Below, one piece after another: positions 42,436-53,140 of a DNA stretch of 64,000 nt. Under the pieces are notes generated by a model, which saw only the letters and a list, made by a program, of their open reading frames with translations, did not search any database and was not told the origin of the DNA. Position 1 is the stretch's first letter; every line of letters begins with the position of its first letter. A program made the translations under genes and the position numbers. The DNA is from Octopus sinensis (lineage: Eukaryota), in the NCBI RefSeq assembly GCF_006345805.1, contig NC_042998.1:75702001-75766000 (forward strand), given 5' to 3'.

Positions 42436-42854
42436 AAGCAATTATGCGGATAAACAAATTAGATACACTAAACATATTAAATATAATAGATTAGGTATGA
42501 ATACGAAATACGAAATATGTATATATGTATACATGCACAACGAGAGAAAGCAAAAGGTGTAAACTTTCAGATTATGAATTTTTAAATATAAATATAGATA
42601 TTTGCATTAATAGGTCCAACTTACATAGAGTGCGAACGACAGAGAAAATTGAAGGAATGGAATAAATGTGTTAGAAGTCGAACAGATGTTTCATTGGACC
42701 TATTGATATAAACATCTTGAAAATTTATCATTTAAAAGTTTCCACCTTTTGCTTTCTCTCGTTTTACATGTATAAATATATACATATTTTGTAGTTCATA
42801 CCCAAACTATTATACTTAATATATTAAATTATTCCTTTACCTGCATAATTACTT
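42436..42854. repeat. Long imperfect inverted repeat (~160-185-bp arms, ~75-bp spacer)
   Basis: aacgagagaaagcaaaaggtg (42539) versus caccttttgctttctctcgtt (42743). Arms run from aag.aattatgc to aataggtccaa. Confidence 0.85.
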
Positions 42855-43051
42855 CTATATCCGCTCAACTTGATCCCTCTTATGGCCTTTCTTTACTTTG
42901 TGGAATCGATCCTTTGTAAAGACATCAGAGTTGAAGTTTGAATCTTTTGAGCACTACTGTCTTCTATACGGAGAATATCTGGATACCATCTGTAAAATGC
43001 ACGCACACACAGACACAAGCATAACCACACACACACACACACACACATATG

Positions 43052-43115
<64 letters not shown>

Positions 43116-43453
43116 AAGTATGGAGTTTAGTTCACGGGTTATCTAAACGATTCTCTTTTCTCTTCTCTCTCTCCATCTCCTTATTCCTTTACTCCCTTCC
43201 TCTACGTCGTCATCTTATTAATATATGCCATTCTCATTTTCCCCTATTTCTCTCGGGTGGCAGAATATCCCATACATGGGGATATACCAGGAGCAGCTGT
43301 AAAACTTTGAATTCTTTCCTATAATAATATTGTAAACGACTTGAGATGTTTGCTTTGCCATAATGTTGTCCTCTTTAACAATTATATATCATAAAAAAAT
43401 GACAACAAAAGAATGAGCACTCGATATTAGGTAAATAGAGGGATTTATATACG

Positions 43454-43596
43454 TATAGTTTAGGAAAATCAGTAAGTTGTCATAATAGGACTCAGAGTTT
43501 CAAATAGCCGATGAGAATGCACGTATGCTCTTAGCTCCGGCATCCGGCATTTGAAACTCTGAGTCCTAATATGACAACTCACTGATTATCCTAAAC

Positions 43597-43600
<4 letters not shown>
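43454..43600. repeat. Foldback (57-bp arms) overlapping a hammerhead-like motif
   Basis: 43454-43510 is the reverse complement of 43545-43600 with 3 mismatches and 1 indel. Confidence 0.92.
43505..43568 (+). ncRNA. Hammerhead-like motif with CCGAUGA core variant
   Basis: TAG-CCGATGA-GAATGC...GCATTT-GAAA-CTCTGAG-TC-CTA. GUC site; near-palindromic stem III ACTC(t)GAGT. Confidence 0.6.
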
Positions 43601-43675
<75 letters not shown>

Positions 43676-43735
43676 TTATACGTGGATTGTTGGCGATTTT
43701 TCTTTATTTTGCCTTCTTTTTCTTTGGACGTTTCT

Positions 43736-43770
43736 CTTTCCGACGAAGATCTATGCTCGAAACGTTAACA
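43736..43770 (+). ncRNA. Minimal hammerhead-like motif with CCGACGA core variant (solo pLTR-like context)
   Basis: ttt-CCGACGA-a-GA(t)C tat GCTC-GAAA-CG-TT-aaca. Palindromic AACGTT at stem III. Confidence 0.45.
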
Positions 43771-43886
43771 GCTTTTTCCTTTCACCGAGCGGCAAATTAA
43801 CATATTTCTTGTGTATATCCTCACGCTGCTTTTTTTTTCCTTTTTATCTGTTTTTAATTGTTTGTTCTTTGAATTGACTATACACA

Positions 43887-43978
<92 letters not shown>

Positions 43979-44014
43979 CACAACGTGTCGCCCGTTTCAG
44001 GAATTGAAACAGCG

Positions 44015-44975
44015 ATTCTTGAGCAAACCACTTAATTTCACGTTACTTCAGTTCCCTCAGCTGGCAAAAATGAGTAATCCTGCAACTACCGGTGATCCGC
44101 CCAGGGGTTAAGTATATAGACGAAAACAAAAGGGAAGAAAAGAAAGAAGGCGGCGGGAGGGATGGAAGGACTTCCGAACATGACGGAGGAACTCCACCCT
44201 CCCGTCGTAAAGAAAAAGAAAAAAAGGAAGAAGAAAAACGGAGCATTGCCCGCGGTTGCTGGTGCACTGGTGGCATATCCCGAAACCCCTTCAGTGGGAC
44301 TTGCACCACCGGAGGTGGGGAGAAGGCCCCTCCCAGTGGAAACATTGAAGAATATGTGATCTTCTATCTCAGGGGAGGGGCTATAGAGAATTATATAGAA
44401 ATTTCCTTTAATAGTCGGGACCTGCTAGGCCCGACTTGTATTCCAGAGTCACCTCCGCAGGTGGCTGCTCTGGTACTAGAAGAAAGGAACTTCTGTTATA
44501 TAATAGACTCCTTCTCAAAAGAAGAGTATAGATCTTGTTTATGGGCCCCCAACTTGCGGCTGCAGGAATGCCTGAAGGAAGCAAGAAAGTTGATTGGGGA
44601 CTCATTTGTGTAATAGGTTTATCGCCTTATTAAATTGTTTATAATTGTAATAGACTTTTTAGTCCATAAAGTGGAACAAAATTGTAAGTGGGTTAATACC
44701 ATATTCAGTGTTTTTAAAACAAGCAATGTTTTAGAGAAGCAAAAGTCGGCGGGCGCTCTTCGTCTTCTACCATCCTTATCATCCTTGTATCATTATCATT
44801 CATCTCATTAATGTCCGTGTTCATCCCGCAAGCTACCTTACTCTATGTACTGCCTTTGTGGCAAATCTAATAAAATAAAGTATACAGACGCCACCACGGA
44901 AACCATATTTGTCCTGAGTCCCATATTAATCGGCCCATATTAGTCCAGATTCAATAGGGCTTGTGAGTGATGCTT
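44015..44975 (+). mobile_element. CORE-like SINE remnant split by an insertion (pieces 44015-44122 and 44878-44975)
   Basis: cttgagcaaaccacttaatttcacgtt...cagctggcaaaaatgagt is CORE-like. The sequence resumes after the duplicated 13-mer. Confidence 0.5.
44123..44877 (+). mobile_element. 755-bp retroposed insert with TSD, open terminal ORF and AATAAA end; unclassified
   Basis: TSD aagtata(t/c)agacg at 44110-44122 and 44878-44890. Frame open through the insert to 44613. Ends aataaaata. Confidence 0.72.
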
Positions 44976-45027
44976 TATCTATATCTATATCTATGTATAT
45001 ATATTGTGTGTGTGTGTGTGTATGTTG

Positions 45028-45068
<41 letters not shown>

Positions 45069-45070
<2 letters not shown>

Positions 45071-45443
45071 ATTTTAAAATAGTGTACATTTAAACACAAA
45101 AAAAAACTACCTTTTACCAGGTCATTTTTACATGCTAAAAATAGCAGCCGACACAGCCAAAACCGTGATTTTATAGCAATTTTCGAAGTAAATGAAAAAT
45201 AAAAACTTTTACCTTGTTATTTTTATTAGCGGTTATACCATGGTTTCGAATTTCCTTAGCAAATAAGATTATTTTCCATCCTTAAATAGGTAATTTAGCA
45301 AAACAATATTATCCACCAGACGAATTCTCATCAGTAACCGGCCTCAATAACTAACTTATAATTCAGAGACAAGATAACACGTGTCCCGTCATTATATGTT
45401 GTAATTTTTCTTTTGTGTTTAAATGTACACTATTTTAAAATAT
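45069..45443. repeat. 375-bp cassette bounded by inverted repeats (33 bp perfect, 43 bp with 2 mismatches)
   Basis: atattttaaaatagtgtacatttaaacacaaaa (45069-45101) and its reverse complement at 45411-45443. Confidence 0.95.
45230..45340 (-). ncRNA. Type I hammerhead ribozyme with intact catalytic core
   Basis: Minus strand: CGGTTA-CTGATGA-GAATT-(70 nt)-AATTC-GAAA-CCATGG-TA-TAACCG. Perfect stems I and II, GUA site, palindromic ACCATGGT stem III. Confidence 0.88.
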
Positions 45444-45539
45444 GAATATGTTGTCTATTGACTATTTATGCATGCTAGACCACTGGTGGTGATGTTTATA
45501 ACAAATATTCGCTACCCTATATATGTATCTTATGAATAT

Positions 45540-46270
45540 GTTCTTAGCATTCTCGAAGATTCAGCTCGGCATTGTATTTATTGCCTACTATAAATGCGCC
45601 TGCGCGCAGAATTTTGAAAATTTTGCTGTATCTCAAGCTCTGATGCATCTGATATTGCCTCATCTTCTTTCCACTTTCTATTCATATACTGAATGTCACC
45701 TTTCACGTCCTGGGATTTATGTGAGATTACTCTATCGCACCGTACGCTATGGAGTTCCATCTGACCTACACGCTACTAATTTAAAATTTATTTTCGTTCC
45801 CAAAATACGATTACGCTACCAAATTTTGAGACTGCTGTGTAGCACTTCTCCAACAACTGAGAAGATAAGGGCTCTTAACATTTCACTTCAGTTTTATAGT
45901 AGGCATCCATCGGTATCGAGAGACCATGAATCAACGCTCGAAGAAATTGTGTCAGCTGCTGAAGGTGGTGTAGCGTCTACTGTAGTTGTAGTGGTTCACA
46001 CAGGAGTGGCAGTCACGTATACAACGTCTTCATATGAAGGAGCTCTCTACCGGCGCTACTGGCTTTTCTTTCCGTCGAGTGCGATTTTCTTCGATGACGA
46101 ATTCCTGTTTTAGTCAATTAATTAGTAAATTAACTTGTCAAAATTATTTCATCACAGCCTGGAGAATTATCAAGAACTTGTGCTCCTCTTAACTTTATCT
46201 GCTCTATCACGCGCCTCTTGTTATTTGCTTTTTGCTGCATAAACAAGAAATCGTTAAAGAGCAGAATGGT
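45540..46270 (-). mobile_element. Possible decayed ORF1/gag-like retroelement fragment
   Basis: GC-elevated. Minus strand shows a knuckle-like remnant (CLCSKKQITRGA) followed by K/R-rich then T/P/S-rich stretches with stops. Confidence 0.3.
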
Positions 46271-48443
46271 GACTGACATGCATCACTGAATAATACCGTA
46301 TCATATTCTTTTTAATGTTTAGCTATGGCATATACAAAATACACTTCATTACGACCTTTTCTCTTTTACAAATACTTTGTTAAAGGCAATATAATTGATG
46401 CATATTTTCTATATAAATTTCAGGAAAGTTATTGACTAAATTATTTTCATATATATTTACATGAAATCGAAATGTTAAAAAGTGTTCTATATAACACACT
46501 TTCTTAGGATAATGGAGTTTAACATAATAAAGTTTAAAAAGTATAGTAATACGTGTGTATGAGAGTGTCTGTCTGTGTGTGTGTGTGAATATATTATATA
46601 TATACATATATATTTATGTGATATATATACAAATATAAATAATTTAATATGTGGTATAACTATATATAACTATAAGTACATTTAAATACATGCATACATA
46701 CATATGTGTGTGTATGTTTGTGTGCGTACTTATATATGTATACATATATTCTTTTACATTTCTATACAAACATATATTATATATATATATGTTACATATT
46801 ATATAATATATATATACTATACTCACATGTATATTACGTTTATTTATTTATACATTATATTACATATATACATATATCTGTGCGTGAGTGTATTAATGTT
46901 CATAGAAACACATATATGATATATACATGTATATGTGTGTGTGACAAAGAGAAAGTGTGTGTATATATGTGCGCTTGTTTTCAGTTAAGATATAACTACA
47001 GTAAGTAGGCTTAAACTGACTTGAATTATAACGTGTATTTCTTACTCAAACAATACAGTTTGAAGAGCTTTAGAAGTAAAGTAAGAGATATATTTAAATT
47101 GTTCCTGATAATGTAAGTCAGAACCTCTATATTCTAGTATGTTTGTCATTTGCGTCTCATTCAGTCACAATAACGACCTGAGGCATATTTATAACAAACC
47201 GCGTACAGATAAATAATGAGCCCATTTCAACGAGAGAGGAGTAAATATAGTTGATAAGGGACAATGCTTCATATATTTTTCTTATTTACGAAATGAAGTT
47301 TATTTTTGATTTTTGTTATAAATGCTTCTATTCATGATAAAAATATTTTTTCATATTATTTATGAATAATAGAGTTCCGAGATATTTCAACAGAAACTGT
47401 AACGTTGGAGAAACTATATTTGCTTTCTAAATAAAACATTTTTCTGAATATTCAGTTCATAATATCGAATATATTACCGTACTACTGAATTAGATCTTAA
47501 ATGGCAAAACCATTGGTTTTCAAACGAGTTTTGAAAAGCTTTGACTCTTATATGGATATTTTCTTTATTCATTTATCAATAAATCGAAGAAGTGGCAGCA
47601 ATCGTAACATTTGCAGGAGAATGCGGATAGATGGGATCTATACTGTTTTATTGACTTTGAAGTTCTATAAAATGAACGTTTATAGTAAAACATTGAACAG
47701 GAAAAGAATCCGATAAGGCCACCATCCTGGTGAAAAATAGCTTTAGTAAAGAGTTTAGAAGAGTTTATCTGGAACGCATAACACATAATGGATAATGAGA
47801 GGGTGAAAACAGGAACGGCCTACAGGCTTGGGTTAATGCGTCACAAATAATACATTTCGGAGTAAATTTGTAACAACATTAATGTCACACATTTTAGGTG
47901 ATGTTATCACTGAAATGTAGAGGTTACATGTTATATAAATTTAATAAGTATTGTGCTTTAATCTCTACATAGCTCATCTGTAAATATGGTCAAAGATACA
48001 CTTTTAATTAAAATTAGTTTCGTTGATTTATTTTCCCCTTGATAGATGTATATGTGAAATAATTCTAGTACGGGGTTATTTGATGCAAGCGTCTTTGTGG
48101 TATTTACATGAAAACAACTTTCATCTTGCATTATGAAATTAATTTTCAGAAAGGTGAAAAGTTCAAGTTCTAAATGTCTCCAGATAAGGCTTTCATAGAT
48201 AGTGTTCACTGTATATTTTCCGTCCATTTATGAATTTAAAATATTGATGTTAGTGTTTCCGAGCATTTTGATTTATTTCTTTAATCAGCTGCTACAAGTT
48301 TGCAACTTAAAAGAACCTCTAATAAACTATGTATGCATATATGTAATGAAATATAAATATACATTATACATATTTCTGTGTGTATATGTGTATATAAATA
48401 TATTTACTCTAAATGCTAAATATGTATATCATTAAATGTGTGC

Positions 48444-48516
<73 letters not shown>

Positions 48517-48528
48517 AGTATGTATATA

Positions 48529-48637
48529 TCACGTGACCGACCAGACCATCAGATGTTGCTACACATCGCTGGTCACAATGCGTTCGCATTGTTTTAGCCT
48601 TCGAACGACGCCACCCCGCTGGCTAAGCGAGCAGGCC

Positions 48638-48638
<1 letters not shown>
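48529..48638 (-). mobile_element. Short retroposon 3' fragment with RTE-like tail, inside a microsatellite
   Basis: Tail gtgaccagcgatgt...ctgatggtctggtcggtca resembles the RTE 3' end at 61377-61430. atgtatatat flanks both sides. Confidence 0.65.
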
Positions 48639-48715
<77 letters not shown>

Positions 48716-48740
48716 ATACATACATACATACATACATACA

Positions 48741-48772
<32 letters not shown>

Positions 48773-49031
48773 AATATATACATAAAAAATAGGAGCAGAG
48801 ACATGTTTATCATAACGTTCAACACATTCTTAAATGGGTCTCATTAATGAAGAACACACCCCTTATTTTAACTTACATTCAGATTAGACCAAGAAATTGT
48901 TTAATATTATCTCTGATGATTTCATCGTGTAGTTCGATTATAAGCTAAAACCTTGAATAATAGATTTATTTATTCGTGTAAGATATGTTGAATAAGCCAA
49001 TAAACTTAATTTCCCTCTAATTTATTCTATA

Positions 49032-49068
49032 CTAGCGGTAATACCCGTCGTTGATCGGGTAATTACTC
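49032..49068 (-). mobile_element. Helitron 3' terminus
   Basis: Minus strand ...ttACCCGatcaacgaCGGGTattaccgCTAG|T: hairpin plus CTAG. 5' end not located. Confidence 0.7.
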
Positions 49069-49224
49069 TTACTGTTTCTCAGGAGCCACATTCAAAGTAT
49101 TATTATACATAGAATTTAAATCCCCTGCATGTGTGTATTTTATAAAAGGAAAATATCTAATAATTGAAGTAGAAAAAATATCGATTTCATACTTGAATGT
49201 AATGATAGTAATGGCAAATTAAGT

Positions 49225-49521
49225 TATGTTACAGTTGAGTGAGAGACCAGCTAAACTTGTAATACCAAAGATTAATTGAAGGCAAGGATTATAGCAGCAT
49301 TGATCAATGTAAACAAGGAGACCGTCCAGAAAAGTTGCAGGAGATACCGAAATCGTCTGGAGGCTGTGGTTGAATCCAAGAGCGATACTATTGAATAAAT
49401 TTACGCTTTAGTATTTCAAGATATTTTTATGCAATTTTGGTAAATATATCTGTTAAAATGAGATGTCACTGTTATTTTCTTTTTTGTGTAATTTAGACGA
49501 CAATATATTCACCACTCCCTG
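49225..49521 (+). mobile_element. Tc1/mariner superfamily (maT/DD37D-like) 3' fragment with right end
   Basis: KARIIAALINVNKETVQKSCRRYRNRLEAVVESKSDTIE*, then a terminus ...cactccctg|TA. Confidence 0.78.
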
Positions 49522-50633
49522 TATATATTATTTGAAGAGAGATCATTATCTGAGGAAATAAATTATCTTTCAATTATATAGTACATAAATATTCACATTT
49601 GTGCTTCATAAAATGTTTAATAATTAATAATCGGGGGGGATTTATTTTATAACTTTATGGATTTCAGCTTGTGGACATTTTGTAGAAATAAAATATATTA
49701 GTATATCTTGTCTGCTAGTATCAATATGTATGTTTAATTTAATTAAAGCATAAATAATTGGAACAAGATGAAAAGAAATTCGTTAGACTTGAAAGTTGTT
49801 TTTCTAAAGCACATCTGTTTCATTTTCTCCAAAGTTGATGAATAAATTAATTAGGCTCTTTTCACAATGAATTTGATGACTATAACTTTCAAAAGAAAAA
49901 AATTCAAAAATAGGACTGAAAATTAAATAACTAATTTTATTCTCAAAACCTAATCGTAAAGTATATGGTATATGGTGATGCTTGATAAAGTGGAACGTTA
50001 AATCTTTACAAAATACAAATTTTATATGGAAAACAATGGAATTTTAAAGAAAAATCCCATGTTGAATATTGTCAATGAATATATTCAGGAGGGTAACATT
50101 TCTTTCCAATACTTCAAAAGCAATCTACATATCCAGCTTTTTAGATCAATTAAAAGATAACTGACAAAAATTATTTAAAAGAAAAAAAGATACGCTTCAC
50201 TAAAATACACAAAGAACGTTAATTTTCCACTTTCTACACTTCAAGTTAAAATCAATAGAAGGCGTCTTAGAGCAAGTGAAATTAGCTACTTTAATTGAAC
50301 TATTTATCCCAACATCAACAGAGATAAATTCACTCGTAAATCACATTTATAATGAATTTCTCAATTCAATAATTCTTTATCATTGACGAAAACATTACAT
50401 TTCTTTCCAAGATTTTCTATTGAGAAATGTATTACTAAATTACAGCGCCGCACAATGAATCTATGGATGTAGAATATATTTAAATGCAAATGAAATAACC
50501 AGGATCTATTTTGTTTTATATATAAAATAATAATAGTAATTTTTGAACGCAATTATTCACCCAATTATAGTCGTAACGTTTCCTTTAAAACTATATTGAT
50601 CATGCCAACAGTCTCATACAAATTATGTTATAC

Positions 50634-50685
<52 letters not shown>

Positions 50686-51367
50686 ACACACACGTAAGTA
50701 TATAATGAATTACATACACATATGTATGAGTGTAAATATGTGTGTGTGTATGTGTATAAAATGAGGAAGAGTGAATGAGTGAGAGAGAGAAAGGGAGAGA
50801 GGGGGCGTGGTAATAATTATAGGAATTAATATATCGCAAATGTAATGGAAACACTGTTTTCTCTACAAGTGTTTAGAAGTTCGTTAAAAATGAAATGAAT
50901 TCATATTTTGACAAATGATGAAACCTAATGGTGGCTAAAACAAAAACTAGCAAGAAAATAAAATCATATTGTATATATTCAAGTAAATATATACTTATAA
51001 TATTAACGGCTTGAAAAATCTGATGTGCCGAATATCAATAATTGCTGAGATGTTGTCATCAGCAAAAAGCAAAATGTGAAATTTTTAATAAATACTTCTG
51101 TTTATATAAACAGAATATAGAAATACGGAAAGTATAGAAATTAATTCAAGAGAGTTAGCAATAAAAGGTAAAAATATCGAGAAATATATTACTTAAAAAA
51201 GGTTTGTGAAGAGATGAAATAATTGAAATTAACTTTAAATGCTAACTTAAAATTTAAGTTGCAAAATTGTGAATTTCAGTAATACTAGAAAAATAAATCG
51301 TAAAGTCACTTGCTGACCGAAGAAATACAGCATCGACATATGTACATACATACATACATACACACAT

Positions 51368-51493
<126 letters not shown>

Positions 51494-52232
51494 CGTGTAT
51501 ATACTGTATATCCATATTACACATAAATATGCAGATGCATGTATATATGTGTATGTGAGAGAGAGAGAGTATTTATGTGTGTGTGAGCATTGTGGGAGTG
51601 TGTGGGAGTGTCTGTGTATATATCTACATATATTGATGTGCGTTTCTGTATAACACTCATGATCGGAAATTCTGACCAGGATCGATCTTTACACAAATGG
51701 ACACAAATATGTACACATATATTTATGTAATATTCATGTAGGTTGGCATGTATGGTACGACATATTACCAATGTTTGGAACTATATGTGTTCCTTTATTG
51801 TTTGAAGAGTGTGTTCGTGAAGAGAAGTTGAATAACTTTTCGAAATATCCTGCTATGGTTATCCGGTGATAATTATTTAGCTAGGTTCACTCATATTATA
51901 TATGTCGAGTGAGATTCTACAACTTTCAGCTAAAAATTATTTAAATGAGATCTAAAATTTGGATAAAGATATATATCCTGTGATAGAATCTAGCTAATTT
52001 ATTGACTCATACACTTATTGTTTATCATGAAATATATTTGGACACATTTTCTTACACTCCATTTAGTACATATACACGTCTTCACCTTATAACTATCGTA
52101 AAGATTCAATTTGCTACTCAGATAGACCTAACAAAATGTAGGAAATCCAGATACCTCCAATAGGGCTTATCTCGTATATGAAACAGTAGTTAGCCTGCAT
52201 ATGAATTGTCTACCTATATATATATAAAATAT

Positions 52233-52296
<64 letters not shown>

Positions 52297-52394
52297 GATA
52301 TATATATGTGTGTGTATGCGAGTGTGTGTGCGCTTGTTTGTGTATATGTGTGTGAATGTATTTAAATATGTGTATGTATGTACGTATATATATA

Positions 52395-52680
52395 TACGTT
52401 GCAGTCCAAGAGGCTCAGCGAGCTATTTGCGGCTAGGAGTCCAATGTTGAATTGGATGTTATGGAGGAGGTTGTTGAAGGCATTATGGATGCTGATCACC
52501 TCATTCCTGGATTTGGTTAAGATGAAAGCATCATCGACATATCTCCGGTATAGGGAGATGTTTCCCCCTGCATGGAGTGCTTGGTGCTCTAGTTTATCCA
52601 GGGTAAGGGTGGCCAGGACACCACTGAGTTTGATTACCATTGGGAGGCCGCTGAATTGTTGATATGTAGTGTTTATGTAC
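52395..52680 (-). mobile_element. Penelope-like RT core fragment
   Basis: YQQFSGLPMVIKLSGVLATL...YRRYVDDAF...FNNLLHNIQF...LSLLD. Confidence 0.88.
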
Positions 52681-52834
52681 CGGGTATATATATACATATA
52701 TATACATACATACATACACACATACATACATACATACACACATACATACATGCATACATACATACATACATACATACATACATACATACATACATACATA
52801 CATACATACATGCATACATACATACATATATAAA

Positions 52835-53140
52835 TGATATTCTCGTAAAGGAGAAAACTACACATTCCTACCCTCAGACAAAGGGAGAGAATTTTGTATG
52901 ATCGACAGGGACTCATACAACGAGGCTGTTATGCCCCACCTTTCCCAGGGCGATATTTACACCCCATGCGAGCACACAACTGCGAATAGAATTACGAGCG
53001 GGATTGAGAACCAGTACATGCAACGACCTATGGAAGAACATATTCGGAAGCATGAATCTCAACACGCACACATATAGATGCTTACTAGGACACAGCTCCT
53101 GCATACCACGATTTTATTACCTAATGAAAACCCACAAGGG
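52835..53140 (+). mobile_element. Penelope-like RT N-terminal fragment
   Basis: FLPSDKGREFCMIDRDSY (ADKG motif) and IPRFYYLMKTHK (PxFYGLPKxHK motif). Confidence 0.8.
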
